The notes under the pieces: model-generated
The model's input: only the letters and a program-made list of their open reading frames with translations
Database searches by the model: none
What the model was told of the DNA's origin: nothing
Assembly: GCA_026770705.1 (NCBI GenBank)
Contig: JANJGN010000053.1
Span: forward strand, 2,046,001-2,110,000
Source of the DNA: Isurus oxyrinchus
Taxonomy: Eukaryota
DNA length: 64,000 bases
Direction: 5' to 3'
Made by a program: the position numbers and the translations under genes
Shown: in pieces, positions 13,941 through 27,500 of the stretch
Numbering within the stretch: the first letter of the stretch is position 1
Layout of the letters: every line of letters begins with the position of its first letter

Positions 13941-14742
13941 ACCATCTTTTCCTGCAGATAGACCCTATCCATCTGTATGAAAACAAACAGCGTTAATGCT
14001 CAAGCGCTGAAAATCCTGCTTTTCCTCTCAAACATTTCAGGGTCTTTATTAAAATATATTTCAACCAGTTTCCTGATAACCTGTTTTTGCAGTTAGTTCA
14101 GTTTTTAGCAAATCAACATTGTCTAATTGATCTGAATGATTTATTTGTGTTTCCAAGCTTCTGGTCAATGGATTTCATTTAATGCATTTTTAAGTTTAGG
14201 GAGCTGATGGGAGAATATAATAATTTCAATCATGGAGGCTGTGAGAAGTGTTTGAATGTTCACTCCGAACCGCATACACAATACTCATGCACAACACCTT
14301 AACCATTCGGTCGCCAGAGCTGGACAAATCTCAGCACAAAACATCAGGCATAACGTTATGTACAAAACATCAGACAATTGCCCGGTAGCCTTGATTCATC
14401 ACCATCACCTCATCAGTCCTTTTGAAATCTCCCAGTCCATGTAGAAATGAAACTCGTGATTCGTGGAATCCTATCGTTCAGAAGGAAGCCTGTCGGCCCA
14501 TCGAGTTTGTGCATGTTCTTGAAAAGATCTGTCAGTTATGTTCCACAATTCAGCTTTTCCCCATCACCATGTAAGTTAGTTCTATTTAAATCCCAACTGA
14601 ATCACATTTCCCCATCCTTTCAGGTGGAAAAACAAAGTAACGTGAAACCTCGAAATGTGAAATAAACCAGGTTTACCAACGAAGAAACGCAAAAAACGTC
14701 TGTAATGCCTCTTGGTCGACAGTGGGACGCATGTGAAACGTA

Positions 14743-14814
14743 ACCTGTGTAGCTCAGTGGGTGGAACATACGGCTTTTAATCTGATGGTGCAGAGTTCAA
14801 TCGCTGTATAAGCT
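14743..14814 (+). pseudogene. tRNA-Lys(UUU) pseudogene
   Basis: ACCTGTGTAGCTCAGTGGGTGGAACATACGGCTTTTAATCTGATGGTGCAGAGTTCAATCGCTGTATAAGCT is colinear with vertebrate tRNA-Lys-TTT (A box, CTTTTAA anticodon loop, GTTCAA) and is followed by TTTTT. Acceptor and anticodon stems are broken. Confidence 0.8.
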
Positions 14815-15819
14815 CTTTTTGGCTCAAAGTGTTCACTCCCAGTAGAATGAACAATGGACGTTGAATCCTACAAGGAGAAATTAACAAACGGAGAATCATT
14901 GGATTTGCAGAAAAAGATCCAGCACCTCGTAATAATGGAAGTTTCGATCAATTTTAGAATTGTTGTCGAATTTCCACCTACTCTAACTGTGAAAAGTGCT
15001 TCCAGATTATTCTCTTGGTTGGCACAATCGCTGTGGATGAGAGGCAAAAACATGGCACAATTCAAACCATTTCCTGCCGGTGGGTGGAACAGTTTAGCCG
15101 TGTTTAACCTAATAAATCACTTTATCATCTTAGAAATCTAGAGCATATCAACGTCCATTCTTCGATCCTCAAGGAAATGTAAATGTTTGGAAGCCCTGAA
15201 AAGGGGAAAAAATGCAGGAATCAGGGAGAAGGCGTAGGATTGACACTGAGGGAATTCATCCGTCTGTCAGCCAGCACAGACAGGATGGGCCAAATGGCAC
15301 TTCTTTTATGCCGTGCCCATTCTATGATTATGTTGTATCTGCCAATGTGTAGGCGATTAGGTTGAGGTCACTATGGGTTTATTTCAACTGAGAATGGGAT
15401 ATGGGCCCAGGGTAGGGTTGCCGTGAGGTTTGCAGTACATTGGCAGCTTTTAGTATTAATCGTTCTTGGATGAGACCGTGTTTGGTAAGGTCATCATTTA
15501 TTTGTGGAACCTTCTTCTTCAGTTAATTGTTGAATTCTCCGCCACTATTCACTACTTTATGTGAACGTTCTGCACTCCCCCCCCCCCCCCCCCCCCCACC
15601 CCCTTACATCTGATCCTTTGATTGTGGGATCATTTCAAAAGTGATTGTCGGTCTGGACAGGAGATATTAATTTTCATGGCACAAAACCCAACTGTTGTAA
15701 TGGGAGTGATTTAAACAGTGTTTGTAGAAAGCACTAGTTGAGCCTCAGTTAGTGCATCCCGCCTGCCTCTGGGCGCTTCTGTTTATAAACGATGTGATGA
15801 TGTGAAGTATTTTGGAAAG

Positions 15820-16170
15820 AGAGCAGGAAAGATTCACTAGAATAGTCCTGGGATGAGGGACCACAGTTATGATGGTACACTGGAGAGGTTAGGACTGTAT
15901 TCCTGGGCGATAAGAAGGCTAAGAGGAGATTTGATGGAGGGATGAACATCACGAGGCGTATGCGCAGGGTAGACAGGGAGAAACAGTCCCCGTTTGTAAA
16001 ATGTTCAGGATTTTAGAGTACGGAGATAAAGTAGTTTGTTAAAAAAAAGTATAAGTGACACGAGGAAAAACGTTACTCTTCTTGCCAGTAGTTGTTAAGG
16101 CTGGAGAGTGTGCTGGAGGCAGGTTCAAGGGAAGCATTACAAAGGGGATTAGACAGCTATCTGGCTTTAA
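15820..16170 (+). mobile_element. CR1 3' fragment
   Basis: Decayed RT C-terminal sequence (agattcactagaatagtcctggg...gagaggttaggactgtattcc...agaaggctaagaggagatttgat). Confidence 0.6.
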
Positions 16171-16689
16171 TTCCTTGTCTGTGTCCCTGGGTCCAAGGTT
16201 CCAAGTCAGCAGCAATATTTTTGGCAGATCATTCCTGTTCAAAGTTACAAAGAAAAAATATCAAATTGCTCATGCAATCATGAGTAAGGGCTTCTATAAA
16301 GCGACAGTTAGTGGGTAAAATGTCGGGACTGAGCTGTGGGTTAGTGCCTGGAATTGAAGAGAGTTCGGAAGGAGTTCAAAAAGCAAACACAGTTCCAGAG
16401 AAAGAAAATTAAAAGATTGGCAAGGAGGAAGAGTGCGGAGTATGAATGGCGTTCGCCATCTTTCAAATTTTACACAATGAAGCATCCAAAGGGAAAATCT
16501 TTCCTGGGCCAAAGAGCTGCGGTTTAGTGCAGTGAACAGAAAATAGAACTGAAATTAGCAGAATCATGCTGCCTACTGAACGAGAGGAAACATGCTGCCT
16601 ATTGTGGGTAGGCAAGGAAACAAAAGTTGGTGGATGAATGGCAGGATCCTGAAAAGCTGCCATCAGAAACGCAATGGCATGCTCAGAAA

Positions 16690-17150
16690 CTCAAGCACTT
16701 ACATACATATAGAAATACACACACAAACACACACACAATCACTTGCACATGCAAAATCTGAAGCACACGCACACACTTAGGCATAGAAACCCAAAACACA
16801 TACAAATTTAGGCACACAAATGAAAACACACAAAGACGCACACATGCTCTCACACACATGCTTGCACACAAGCACATGTACACATATTACACAGACACAC
16901 AGAAGCACATACTCAGAAAGGCACATTCAACCACAATTACTAACACACCCATACACACAACACGCACCATGATGCATGCAAATGCACACATGATGGAAAG
17001 ACGCACACGTGCACATACAGTCAGATACTCAGAAATGCAACTTTACACACAATTATAGACACATACACGCAGCAGTCTCTTTCACAAGCACACGCAGACA
17101 TGCACACACACAGGTACTCACAATCAGAGACAAATGCATGCACTCACTTA
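16690..17150. repeat. Degenerate (CA)n low-complexity tract
   Basis: Interrupted CACA/CATG runs; produces spurious H/T-rich and C/V-rich ORFs. Confidence 0.85.
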
Positions 17151-17189
17151 TATATTGACAAAGAAGATCCATTAAAATTTGATGTTTGC

Positions 17190-18570
17190 TCAATGTTCAG
17201 CACCATTCGTACTCCTCTGGTATTGAAACAGTGCATGTCCAAATAAAGCACGAATTGGACTAAAACAGGTTTGGGCTGGGAAGTGGCAAGCAACATGCAC
17301 GCCACATGTGTGACAGGAAATGACCGTCTTCAACAAGAATCTAACCATGTCTCCTTGACATTCAATAGCATTACCATCAATGATTATCACTATGTCAACA
17401 TCTGAAGGTTACCACTGACCGGAATCAGATCTGACCTAGCCATATAAGCACTTTGACTAAAAGAGCAGATCAAAGGTTAGAAACAGCGCGACAAGTAACT
17501 CACCTCCCGACTCCCTAACGCCTGTTCACTATCTGCAAGGCACCAGTCAGGGGTGTAATGGAATACAGCCACCTCCAAATGCCTGTGCGGGTGAGGCTCC
17601 CACAGTACTCGTGAATCTTGACACAGCCCAGGACAACGCAGCCCGCTTGATTGGCACAACATCCACAAACATTCACTCCCTCCACCACCGGCGAACTATA
17701 GCAGCATTGCACACCATCTAGTAGATGCACTACTGGAGTTCATTAAGGCTTCTTCGAAAGCACATTCCATGCACTCAACCACTACCATCTGGAAGGCATG
17801 TGCAACAGATAGATGGGAAGACTGCCATCTGGAAGTGCTCCTCTCTCAGCATCCTGAGTTGGAAATATATTGCCGCTCCTTCACTGTCACTGTGTCAAAA
17901 TCCTGGAACTCGCTCCCTGACAGCACTGTGAGTGCACCAACACCGCATGGACCACAGCGGCTCATGAAGGCAGCTCACCACCACCTTCTCAAGGGCTATG
18001 ATTGATAGGCAAGAAATCCTGCCCCAACCAGTGAAGGGCACATCTACAAGGCACAACTCAGGGATGTGCTGGAATACTTCCGCCATCCCCTACTTGTCTG
18101 TTTGGGTGAGGCTCCCACAGCACTGGTGAATCTTGATGCAGTCCAGGACAAGGCAGCCCCACTTGACTGGCACCACATTCATAAGCATTCACTCCCCCAA
18201 CCACTCACGAAAAGTAGCAGCATTACATAAAATCTACATGATGCACAGCAGGAATTCAGCAAGGCTCCTTCGACAGCGCCTTCCTAACCCATGACCACTG
18301 CCATCTGTAAGGACAAGGGAAGCAGATATATGCAAACACCACCACCTGGAAGTTCCCATCCCTCACCATTCTGACTTGGAAATATATCGCCGTTCCTTCA
18401 CTGCTGCTGTGTCAAAATCCTGGATCTCGCTATCTGACAGCACTGTGGATGTACCTACACCACTGTGACTGCAGCGGCTCATGAAGGCAGCTCACCACCA
18501 CCTTCTCAAGGGCACTGAGTGATGGGCAAGAAATCCTGCCCCAGCCAATGAAGGCCAAATCTCATGAAGT
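17190..18570 (+). mobile_element. LINE 3' end with its last ~520 bp tandemly duplicated
   Basis: Two consecutive copies (~17535-18040 and ~18045-18570), each ending gcagctcaccaccaccttctcaagggc... Confidence 0.85.
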
Positions 18571-18589
18571 AAGTAAAAATATATTTATA

Positions 18590-20330
18590 TGCCTGGCAAT
18601 GTTCCGTTTGTGGTCAACGTTACCAAAATGTTAATAGTAAGGCATTCAGCAAAAGCAATGCCATTGAATGTCATCAACCGATGGTTTGGTTTTATCTTGC
18701 TGGAGGTGGTGATTGTCTGGCATTTGTGTGGTACAAATTTCACATGTCATTTGTCAGCTAAAGCCTGAATGTAGTTCACATCTTGCTCGACTTTGACATG
18801 GACTGCTAAAGCAGCTGAGAATTCGTGAATGGTGCTGAACATTGTGAAATGTTCAACCACTCCTTACCTGATAATGGAAGGAAGGTCATTGATGAAGCAC
18901 CTGAGGGCGAGGGCACTACCCTGAGGAACTCCTTCAGTGATATACTGGAACTGAGGTGACTGACCTCCAACAACCAGAACCGTCTTCCTTTGTGCTAAGT
19001 GTGAGTCCAACCAGTAGCAAGTTTTCCCCTGATTCCCACTGAATCCAGTTTTGTTCGCGCTCCATGATGCCTCACTCGGTTAAATGCAGCTTTGATATCC
19101 ATGATGGCCATTCTTACTTCGCCTTGGTAGTTTAGCTGTGTTGCCCATGTTTGAACCAAGGCTGACATGACTTCAGGAGCTGAATGGCCGGAGCCGAACC
19201 ACACTGGACATCGGTGATCAGGTTATTCCTAAGCAAGTGCCACTTGACAGCACTGTTGATTGCCTCTCCAGCATTTTACTGCTGATGGGGAGTAGACTGA
19301 TGTGACGGTAATCGGCTGGGTTGGAATTGCCCTCTTTATTCTGTGGACAGAGCAGAGTTGGGTAATCTTCCAGATTGCCGGGTGGATCCAAATTTTGTTC
19401 CTCTACTGGAACCACGTTTTATACTGCATTCATGAGATGTGGGTGTCATTGGCCAGGCATTTAATTCCCGTCAACAATAGCCATTTTTAAGCAATTTCAG
19501 ATGGCATTCAAGAGTCAACCATATTGCTGTGGGGCAGTATTCACATACAGGCGATACCAGGATTGTAGATGTACTTATTTAAGGGCATTGGTAAACAATA
19601 TGTGTTTTGAAAACAATGGAAGATAGTATCATGTTCACCATTACTGAGAGTAGCATGTAATTCCAGATTTATATATTCCGTAATTAAATTCAAATTGCAC
19701 AAGGTGGGATCTGAACCCAACTGCCCTTAGAATTTCTGTGGGATTCTGGATCACGAGATCTTCAAACTAATGACCAGAACATAGTTCCCACCTGGCTTGA
19801 AAGAGTTGCAGCAAGTTCTACAACACAAGTCTTCAGGACTACTGCCAGAATATTGCCAGGGACCATAGTATTTATCGTTTCCAATGCCTCCATGCATCTC
19901 TTGTTATCACGCAGTGTTTCTAGGCAGCTAATCATGGTGCTCGACATTATAATCCACCAGTTTGTGCCCTTTTAAAGTCCAGTGCATTCTCCAAGTTGTT
20001 TTCAACATGGAGGAGTATTGGTTCGTCAACTGAGTGGGAGAGTGTTTGGGGTTTAGGTGGGTGGACCTTACGTAGCAATTAGCAGGAGAGGACCATGCAA
20101 ATGTTTGACCTGATTTCATGAGACCGCATGAGGTTCAATGTTGAGGGCTTCCAGGGCAGCTCACTCCCGAGAGTATATCACTGTGCCGCTATCTCGTCTC
20201 GTTCTGCCCTGCTGATGGACAGGTCAAACTCAGGGTCTGTAGCAGTGGTTTCTGGGACATTATTCCTAAGTTAACATTCCGTGAGGATGACTCTGTCAGG
20301 CTGCTGCTTGAGTAGCCTGCAAGACCAAGC
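18590..20330 (-). mobile_element. Internally deleted LINE (EN to RT) with a nested tRNA-derived SINE at ~19430-19790
   Basis: ORFs SNPADYRHISLLPISSKMLE and VRMAIMDIKAAFNRVRHHG. The inserted segment matches the head/body of 24570-24860 and ends in a decayed LINE-type 3' tail. Confidence 0.8.
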
Positions 20331-20494
20331 CCTCCACAAAGGCCAGAATCATGGCCAGATAGAGATGTAGAGTGAAACATATTCATTTTTAAAAGGGAAT
20401 TGGATGAAATATAAAGGGGAACAATTTGTAGGAATATGCGAAAATAAAAGACGAATTGTGATTAACCGCATAAATGTGACCATGGAGCGTTTAA

Positions 20495-20890
20495 AACAGA
20501 AGAATGGGGATATTAAAACTGGCAGGTTACGAGACCAGGAAACAATGTAAGGCAGAGGAAACTTTGTTGATGACTGAACGGGATTTGGTGTGAGTTAGGA
20601 TATGGGAAGGAATTTTGGAATGAGCAGCGGCTTATTGTGGCACTGATGATGGCATATTCAGCTGCTGGTCTGAGCCAGAGGTGGTGATGGGTGATATTAT
20701 GGAGCCGGAAGTGGGCTGGATTAGAGTGAAGAGCATAGGATAACTGTTCAGGGTCAGAGTATCATACATGGACTGAACATTCTGGTTCTACCTCAGACCT
20801 TGGACAGGGGGGCTCCTGGATTCGGTAGGCAGGGAGAGGAGTTGTGATGAACAGTGAAGCCAGTAGATTCTATCTTTCCAAAATTCAAAT
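20495..20890 (-). mobile_element. L2-like LINE fragment
   Basis: Decayed match (tgaacgggatttggtgtgagttaggatatggg...) to the similar fragment at 49570-49720. Confidence 0.5.
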
Positions 20891-20953
20891 CATAAGAAGA
20901 GTAATAAAGATATTTGTGGTTTATAAAACAAACAAATGGACAGAGAGACTTAC

Positions 20954-21360
20954 CAGGCACACCAACAATAGCGAAGATAGAATAATAAGCCGCTTGTATA
21001 AGCAGAAATGCTCAATTGATGCGAGTGGCTAATGGCAACTGATCATAATCTGTAGAAAGATAGTACAGGGAATTGGATAAACTGTCCAATGTTGTAGCAT
21101 TCTAATCTACTCTTCTCAGTTTCTGATTGGAACATTCAAATCTAATGATCTCAGTTTCCTGATCCATTGTAGTTACATTCCGATCTATTGTTCTCAGATT
21201 CTGATCTCTCCTCCCAATCCCTCTGGAGCCCCTGATCCCTCTCAGTGTCGGAGGTGATGCTACTGCGGACACGATGAGATAAACATTGAAATGAGTCCTT
21301 ATTAATAGTAGTGGGAAACCCTCCAGTGACCCATTTAGGGTCTGTGGAGACCAACAACAA
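20954..21360 (-). pseudogene. Dead exon 1 of a long-N-terminus GPR139-like GPCR
   Basis: Paralogous to 52704-53154: DQNLRTIDRNVTTMDQ...LRRVD*NATTLDSLSNSLYY...LPLATRIN*AFLLIQAAYYSIFAIVGVP plus G, then GTAAG (20953-20949). Two in-frame stops; TATAAAA on the minus strand at 21411-21417. Confidence 0.85.
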
Positions 21361-21654
21361 TTATTGTCACTGAACAAACAGGTTCCGTTAGCCCTTTCCA
21401 GTCCAATATTTTTTATATTGCATGGAAGTAGAACGGAGAGAAGAAGAACATCAGAACAGCGCGAAAAGGGGCGAGATTTCATGAACTGAGGAGTTTTAAT
21501 AGTAACATGTAAAGCGGCTTGAGTTGGAAAGCCCAGGAGTTATAAAAATTGCGTTATTAGCGGCGAGAGTTCAAAAGCAGAGGAGTTAAAGAAACAGTAA
21601 TAGTCTCATAAAAACTGAGGATACAACAGCAGGACAGAGGGAGGGATTGTGCGA

Positions 21655-22210
21655 CTATTAACTCACCTCCTGATTCTCCAAAGCCCATCCACCATCTATA
21701 AGGCACAAGTTAGGAGGGTGAAGGAATCCTCCCCAATTGCCAGAGTGAGTGCAGCTTCCACAATGTTCAAGAAGTTTGATACAGTCCAGGGCAAAGTAGC
21801 CTGCTGAATTGGCGCCACATCCACAAACATTCACTCCCTCCACCAATGAAGCACGTACGCAACAGTATTTACCATCTACAAGAGGCACTACAGGTATTAA
21901 ACAAGGTTTCTGTGAAAGCACCTTCCAGAGTGATGACAACGACCATCTAAAAAGTCATGGGGAGCAGATAGATGGGATAACAGCTACCCGGAAGTTTCCA
22001 TTCAAGCCTCTCACCATCCTGGCTTGGAAATATATCGACCTTCAATTTCACTGTCACTGGGTCAGAATCCTGGAACTCCCTTCCTAGCAGCAATGTGGGT
22101 GTACCTACACCACATTGCCTGCAATAATTCAAGAAGGCAGCTCACCACCACCTTTTCAAGGGGCAGTGAGGGATGGACAATGAATGCTGGCCCAGCCAGC
22201 TTAGCCCACA
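21655..22210 (+). mobile_element. LINE 3' fragment with tail hairpin
   Basis: Same family as 24570-27800; ends atgctggcccagccagc. Confidence 0.8.
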
Positions 22211-22679
22211 GCAGGAGCATAGTGATAGCAGCTATTTTTTGGGCGGATTTTCCACATTGCTGGGTCGATGCAAGTGTTGTCACTGCATTGGAACAGATTG
22301 GCTCGGGAAACAGCACGAGATTTCAATATTATTGCTGCGTTCTTTTCAGGGTCCAAATCCTTTGCAGTATCCAGTGCCTTCAGCTGTTTCTTGATTTCAC
22401 GCTATGTGATTTGACCTGGCAGAAGACTGGCATCTATGGTAATGTTGACCCCCGGAGGAAACGAGGTGTATCATGCAATCCACAATTCTGGCCGAAGATT
22501 ATTGCAAATACTTCAGTCTTATCATTAGCACTGATGTGCTGGGATCAGTCAGCACTGAGGATATTCCCCAATGTGCCAGTAGCAATCTCTGTGTATCCTC
22601 ATAAATCCTACTTTCATCCACCTCACTGTTTACAACATTTCACTGATCTGTCTCCGTCCTTCCAATTCCTACTGCTACC

Positions 22680-24110
22680 CTCTTTAACTGGCCTAGCCTA
22701 CATGTGACTTCAGGCTCAAACAGTGTTGTAGACTTTTAAATGCTCTCTTAAATGGCTGGCAAGACACTCAGTTGTATCAAACTGCTACAAAGTCACAGAA
22801 AAATCACTGAAATAAGAGGAACCCACCCACCCCCTGCACCCCCGCCCAGCATCGAACTAGTTATGGGGAACAAAAGCCCTGTCGACAATGCAAATTCCTC
22901 CTTACTAACATCTTCAGGCTAGTGCCAAAATTTGAAGAGATACCTCGCAGACCACTCAAGCAAAAGCCTGACATCATCATCCTCACGGAATCATATCTTC
23001 CCGAGAGTGTCATAGACACCACCACCTTGAGATGGTGACACAGCTGGGAGTGATCAACACGGCTGTGGCATCCATGATTTGCCATGGTGCCATGCTAAAC
23101 ATGGGAAAGGGAACGGCATGTGATTAACACGCAATGTCACCCTGTCAGCTGATGAAGCAGTGCTCCTCCATGTTGTAAAACCACTGGGAGGAAGCACTGA
23201 GGGAGGAAAGGGCCTAGAATGTACTCTGTGTTGAAGGACATCAATGTCCATCACCAAGAGTGATTCGGTAACATCACTACTGATCAAGATGCCGGGCCCT
23301 AAAGGACATTGCAGCCAGTCTGGGTCTGCAGAAGGTTAGGGTTAGGGAACCAAAAAGAGGGAGAAACACGCTTGACCTCATTCTCATCAACCTGGCTCCC
23401 GCAGATGCATCTGACCATGAGACTATCAGCAGGACTGGCCAACGCATAGTTGAAATGGAGACAAAGCTCCGACTTCATTTTGAGGATAGATTACATTGTG
23501 TTGTGTTGCACGTCCTTCACACTAAATGGGATAGATTTTGTGCAGAACGAGAAAATCAAGATGGGGCATCCATGAGGCGCTTTGGGCCACCAGCAGCAGC
23601 AAAATTGTACTCGATCACAATCTGCAAACTTATGGCCTGTTGCATCTCCCGCTCTACCATTATAATCAACAAAGGTGATCAACCTAGTTTCAAAGAAGAA
23701 TTCAGGAAGACATGTCAGCAGCAAAACCAGGAATTCCTAAAAAAATAGTTGTCAACCTGGCAAATCTATAGCAAATGACTGCTTGTGCATCAAACAGCAT
23801 AAGCAGCATGTCTTAGAGAGAGCGAAGCGATCGCACTGCCAAAGGCTCAGTTCTTAGCTGTGCGGTATTGCCACACCTAATTGTGCATGGTGGTGGACAA
23901 TTAAGCAACTCACTGGAAGAGGAAGCTTCACAAACATCCCCAACCCCAATAATGGTGGAGCCGAAAACATCACTTCAAAAGATAAGGCAGAAGCATTTGC
24001 TACAACACTCAGCCAGAAGTGCCGAGTGTATGATACATCTTGGACTCTACCAGCGGTCTCAAGGATCGCAAGTGCCATTCTTCAGCCGTTCATATTCACA
24101 GAGATAGGTA
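22680..24110 (+). mobile_element. 5' part of the SINE-headed LINE (SINE body plus endonuclease region)
   Basis: SINE-body sequence (ggcctagcctacatgtgact...cactcagttgtatcaaactgctacaaag) runs into ctccttactaacatc...cctgacatcatcatcctcacggaatcata (EN motifs). Confidence 0.8.
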
Positions 24111-24569
24111 GTGTGGTAAGGAATGTAGATGGACGCATTCAGCGACATGGAAATAAAATTTTATCACCTGCTTAATAATAAGTTTGCAATGTGGAATTCA
24201 ATGTCAGAAAATGTGGAGAACCCTGGGACTAAAATGGATGGCCATTGTTAATTGGGAATAACCATGGAACAGTCAGTCAGATATCTGTACACTGACTGGT
24301 GTCTCTCAGACCCTCTTTCTCAGGGAGGTAACTGTATTCTGTATGGTGTCTCACAATCCCTGTCTCTCTCCCAGGGCGATATCTCTACAGTGACTGTTGT
24401 CTCTCCATTCACTCTCTCTAATAACTTTATCACTAGCATTCTCAGAACTTCACAAATGGATATATTATCAGTTGGGAAAAGGAAAACTGACACAGAGTTT
24501 AAAGTTACAGAGTCACACACAGTACCCTACAATCCCATTTCTGTCTCAATCTGGTTGTTCCAACCAGGG

Positions 24570-27500
24570 GACCTGATGGTGTAGTGGTATTATCAGAGGA
24601 CTAGTAATCCAGAAACCAAGGGTAATGTTCTGGTGACCCGGGTGTGAATTCCGCCATTACAGATGGTAGAATCTGAATCCTAAAAAGGAAAATTGGAATT
24701 AAAAAGTCTAAAATGGCTATTATACCATTACTGATTGTTGTAAAATGTCCCTTTAGGAAAGTAAATCTGCTATCCTTACCTGTTCAGACCTACAGGTGCC
24801 TCCAATCCCACAACAATGTGACAATTAAACGGCTTCTGTAACGTCCATGCAAGCCACTCAACGTTAACAAACAACTACAAAGCCACAAAAAGGAATGCAA
24901 CTGAATGCACAACAGTGCATCGACTTCAGCACCGGAAACAACAATGGCAATCACCACCCTGTCGACCATGCATAGTCCTCCTTACTAATATCTGGAGGCT
25001 AGTGCCAAGATTGGGAGAGCTGTATTACAGTCTAGTCGTTACAAGACCTGTCATAGTCATGCTAACGGAATCATACCTTACAGATCATTTTCCAGACACC
25101 ACCATCACCATCACTGGCTATGTCCTGTCTCACGGGCAGGACAGATCCAGCAGAAGTGGTGGTAAAGTGGTAAACAGTCGGGAGGAAGTTGTCTTGGGAG
25201 TCCTCATCATGGACTCTGGACTCCAAGAAGTCTCATGGTATTAGGTGAAACATGGGCAAGGGAACATCCTGCTGACTATCGGATGCCACCCTTCCTCAGC
25301 TGATGAATCAGTGCTCCTTCAAGTTGAACATGACTTGGAGGATGCAGTGATGGTGGAAAGGGAAAAGAATGTACTCTGGTTGGGGGATTTCATTGTTCAT
25401 CACCAAGAGTGACTCGGTAGCACCAGTACTGACCAAGCTGTATGTATCATAAATGAGATAGCTGCTAGGCTAGATCAAGGGCACATGGTGATGGAACCAA
25501 CAAGAGGGAAAAATATACTTGATCTCATTCTCACCAACCTGCCTGTCAAGGATGCATCTTTTCATGTCAGTATCAGTAGGAGTGATCAACACAGAGTCAT
25601 TGTGGAGACGAAGTCCCACATTCACAATGAAAATACAGTCCATCATGCTGTATGGTCCTGTCACCGTGCTAAATGGGGTAGATTTCGAATAGATCTAGCA
25701 AGTCACGTCTGGGAATCAATGAGGCACTGCAGGCTATGAACATTAGCAGAACTGCACTCGAAAATAATCTGCAACTCATGGGCCAGCATATTCCTCACTC
25801 TACCATTAACATCAATCCAGGGGATCAACACAGGTTCAATGAAGAGAGCAGGAAGGAAGGCCAGGAGCAGCACAAAGCATAGCTGAAAATAAGCTGTCAA
25901 TCAAGTGAAGCTATAACACAAGACTACCTTTGTGCCAAACATCATAAGCAGCAAGTGATGCACAGGTCTAAGGGATCCCACAACCAAAGGATCAGGTCTA
26001 AGCCCTGCTACATCCAGTCATGCGTGGTGAAGAGCAAATAAACAACTCACTGGAGGAGGAGGCGTCACAAGTATTCCCATCCTCAATGATGGAGGGCACC
26101 GATCGTCAGTACAATATACAAGGCTGATTTATGTGCCACAATCTTCAGCCAGAGGTTCTGAATGGATGATCCATCTCAGCCGCATCTGGATTTCCCCAGA
26201 AGTACAGATGCCAGTTTTCAGCCAATTCGATTCATGACACATGATATCAAGCGTCGCTGGAAGGAACTGGATACTGCAAATGCTATGTCCCTGGCAATAT
26301 TCAGGCCATTATAATGACGATGCGTGGTCCTAAGCCTGACACGCCCCTAGCCAAGATGTTCCAGTACAGCTACAATATTGGCAACTACCCGGCTATGTGA
26401 AAAATTGCCCAGGTACGACCTGTACAAACAAATCAGTGCAAATTCTACCCGGACAATTACCGTTCCATCATTCTACTCTCCATCATCAGTATAGAAATGG
26501 AAGGGTTCATAAACAGTGCTATCATGTAGCATGGGTTAGCAAGAACCTGCTCACTGATGTGTAATTTGGCTTCTCGCAAGTGCCACACAGTTCCTGATTT
26601 CATTACAGCCTTGGTTCAAATATGGTCAAAAGAGCTGAGCTCCCAATGTGAGGTAGGAGTGGCTGCCCTTGACATCAAGGAAAAATTTGACCGAACAGGG
26701 CATTAACGAGCCATAGCAAAAATGGAGTCAGTGGGTGTAAGGGGGAAATATCTCCTCTGGTTGGAGTCATAACTAGCACGATGGGAGATGAATGTGGTTG
26801 TTGGAGATCAGTCATCTCAGCTGCAGAACATCACTCCAGTAGTTCCTCAGATTAGTGTCCTGGGCCCAACCATCTTCAGCTTCATTGGCCTTCCTTCCAT
26901 CATAAGATCGGAAGCAGAAACATTCGCTAATTATTGCACAATATTCAGCACACTTCGCGATTCCTCAGACACTGAAACAGTATTCAAATGCAACAAGACA
27001 TGGACAATTATCCAGGCTTGGGCAAAAAAGTGGCAAGTAACATTCTTACCACAGACATATCAGGCAATGATCATCTCCAACAAGTGGTAATATAACCATC
27101 GCCTGTTGATGTTAAAAGGCATGACCATCAGTGAATCCACCCCTTTCAACATCTTCGAGGTTACCATTAAGCAGAAACTGAACTGGACTAGCAATGTAAA
27201 TAATGTGAATACAAAAGCAAGCCAGATGCTAGGGATCGTGCGAAGAATAAATCACCTTCTGACTCCCCAAAGTCTGTCCACCATCTGTGATGTAAAAGTC
27301 AGAAGCATGATGGAATAGTGACCACTTGCCTGGATAAATACAGTTCCCACAACGCTGACGAAGCTGGACACCGTCCAGGACAAAGCATCACATCCATAAA
27401 CATTCACAACATTCACCACCAATGCATAGCTGCAGCTGCATGCACAATCTACAAGATACAATGCAGGAATTCACCAAGGTTTGTGACAGAACAACTTCAA

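Noticed and set aside
15577-15603. Poly-C run
   Set aside because: Simple homopolymer with no supporting context.
22024-22707. 227-aa ORF
   Set aside because: Crosses a LINE tail, an inverted LINE fragment and a SINE body; a chance open frame.
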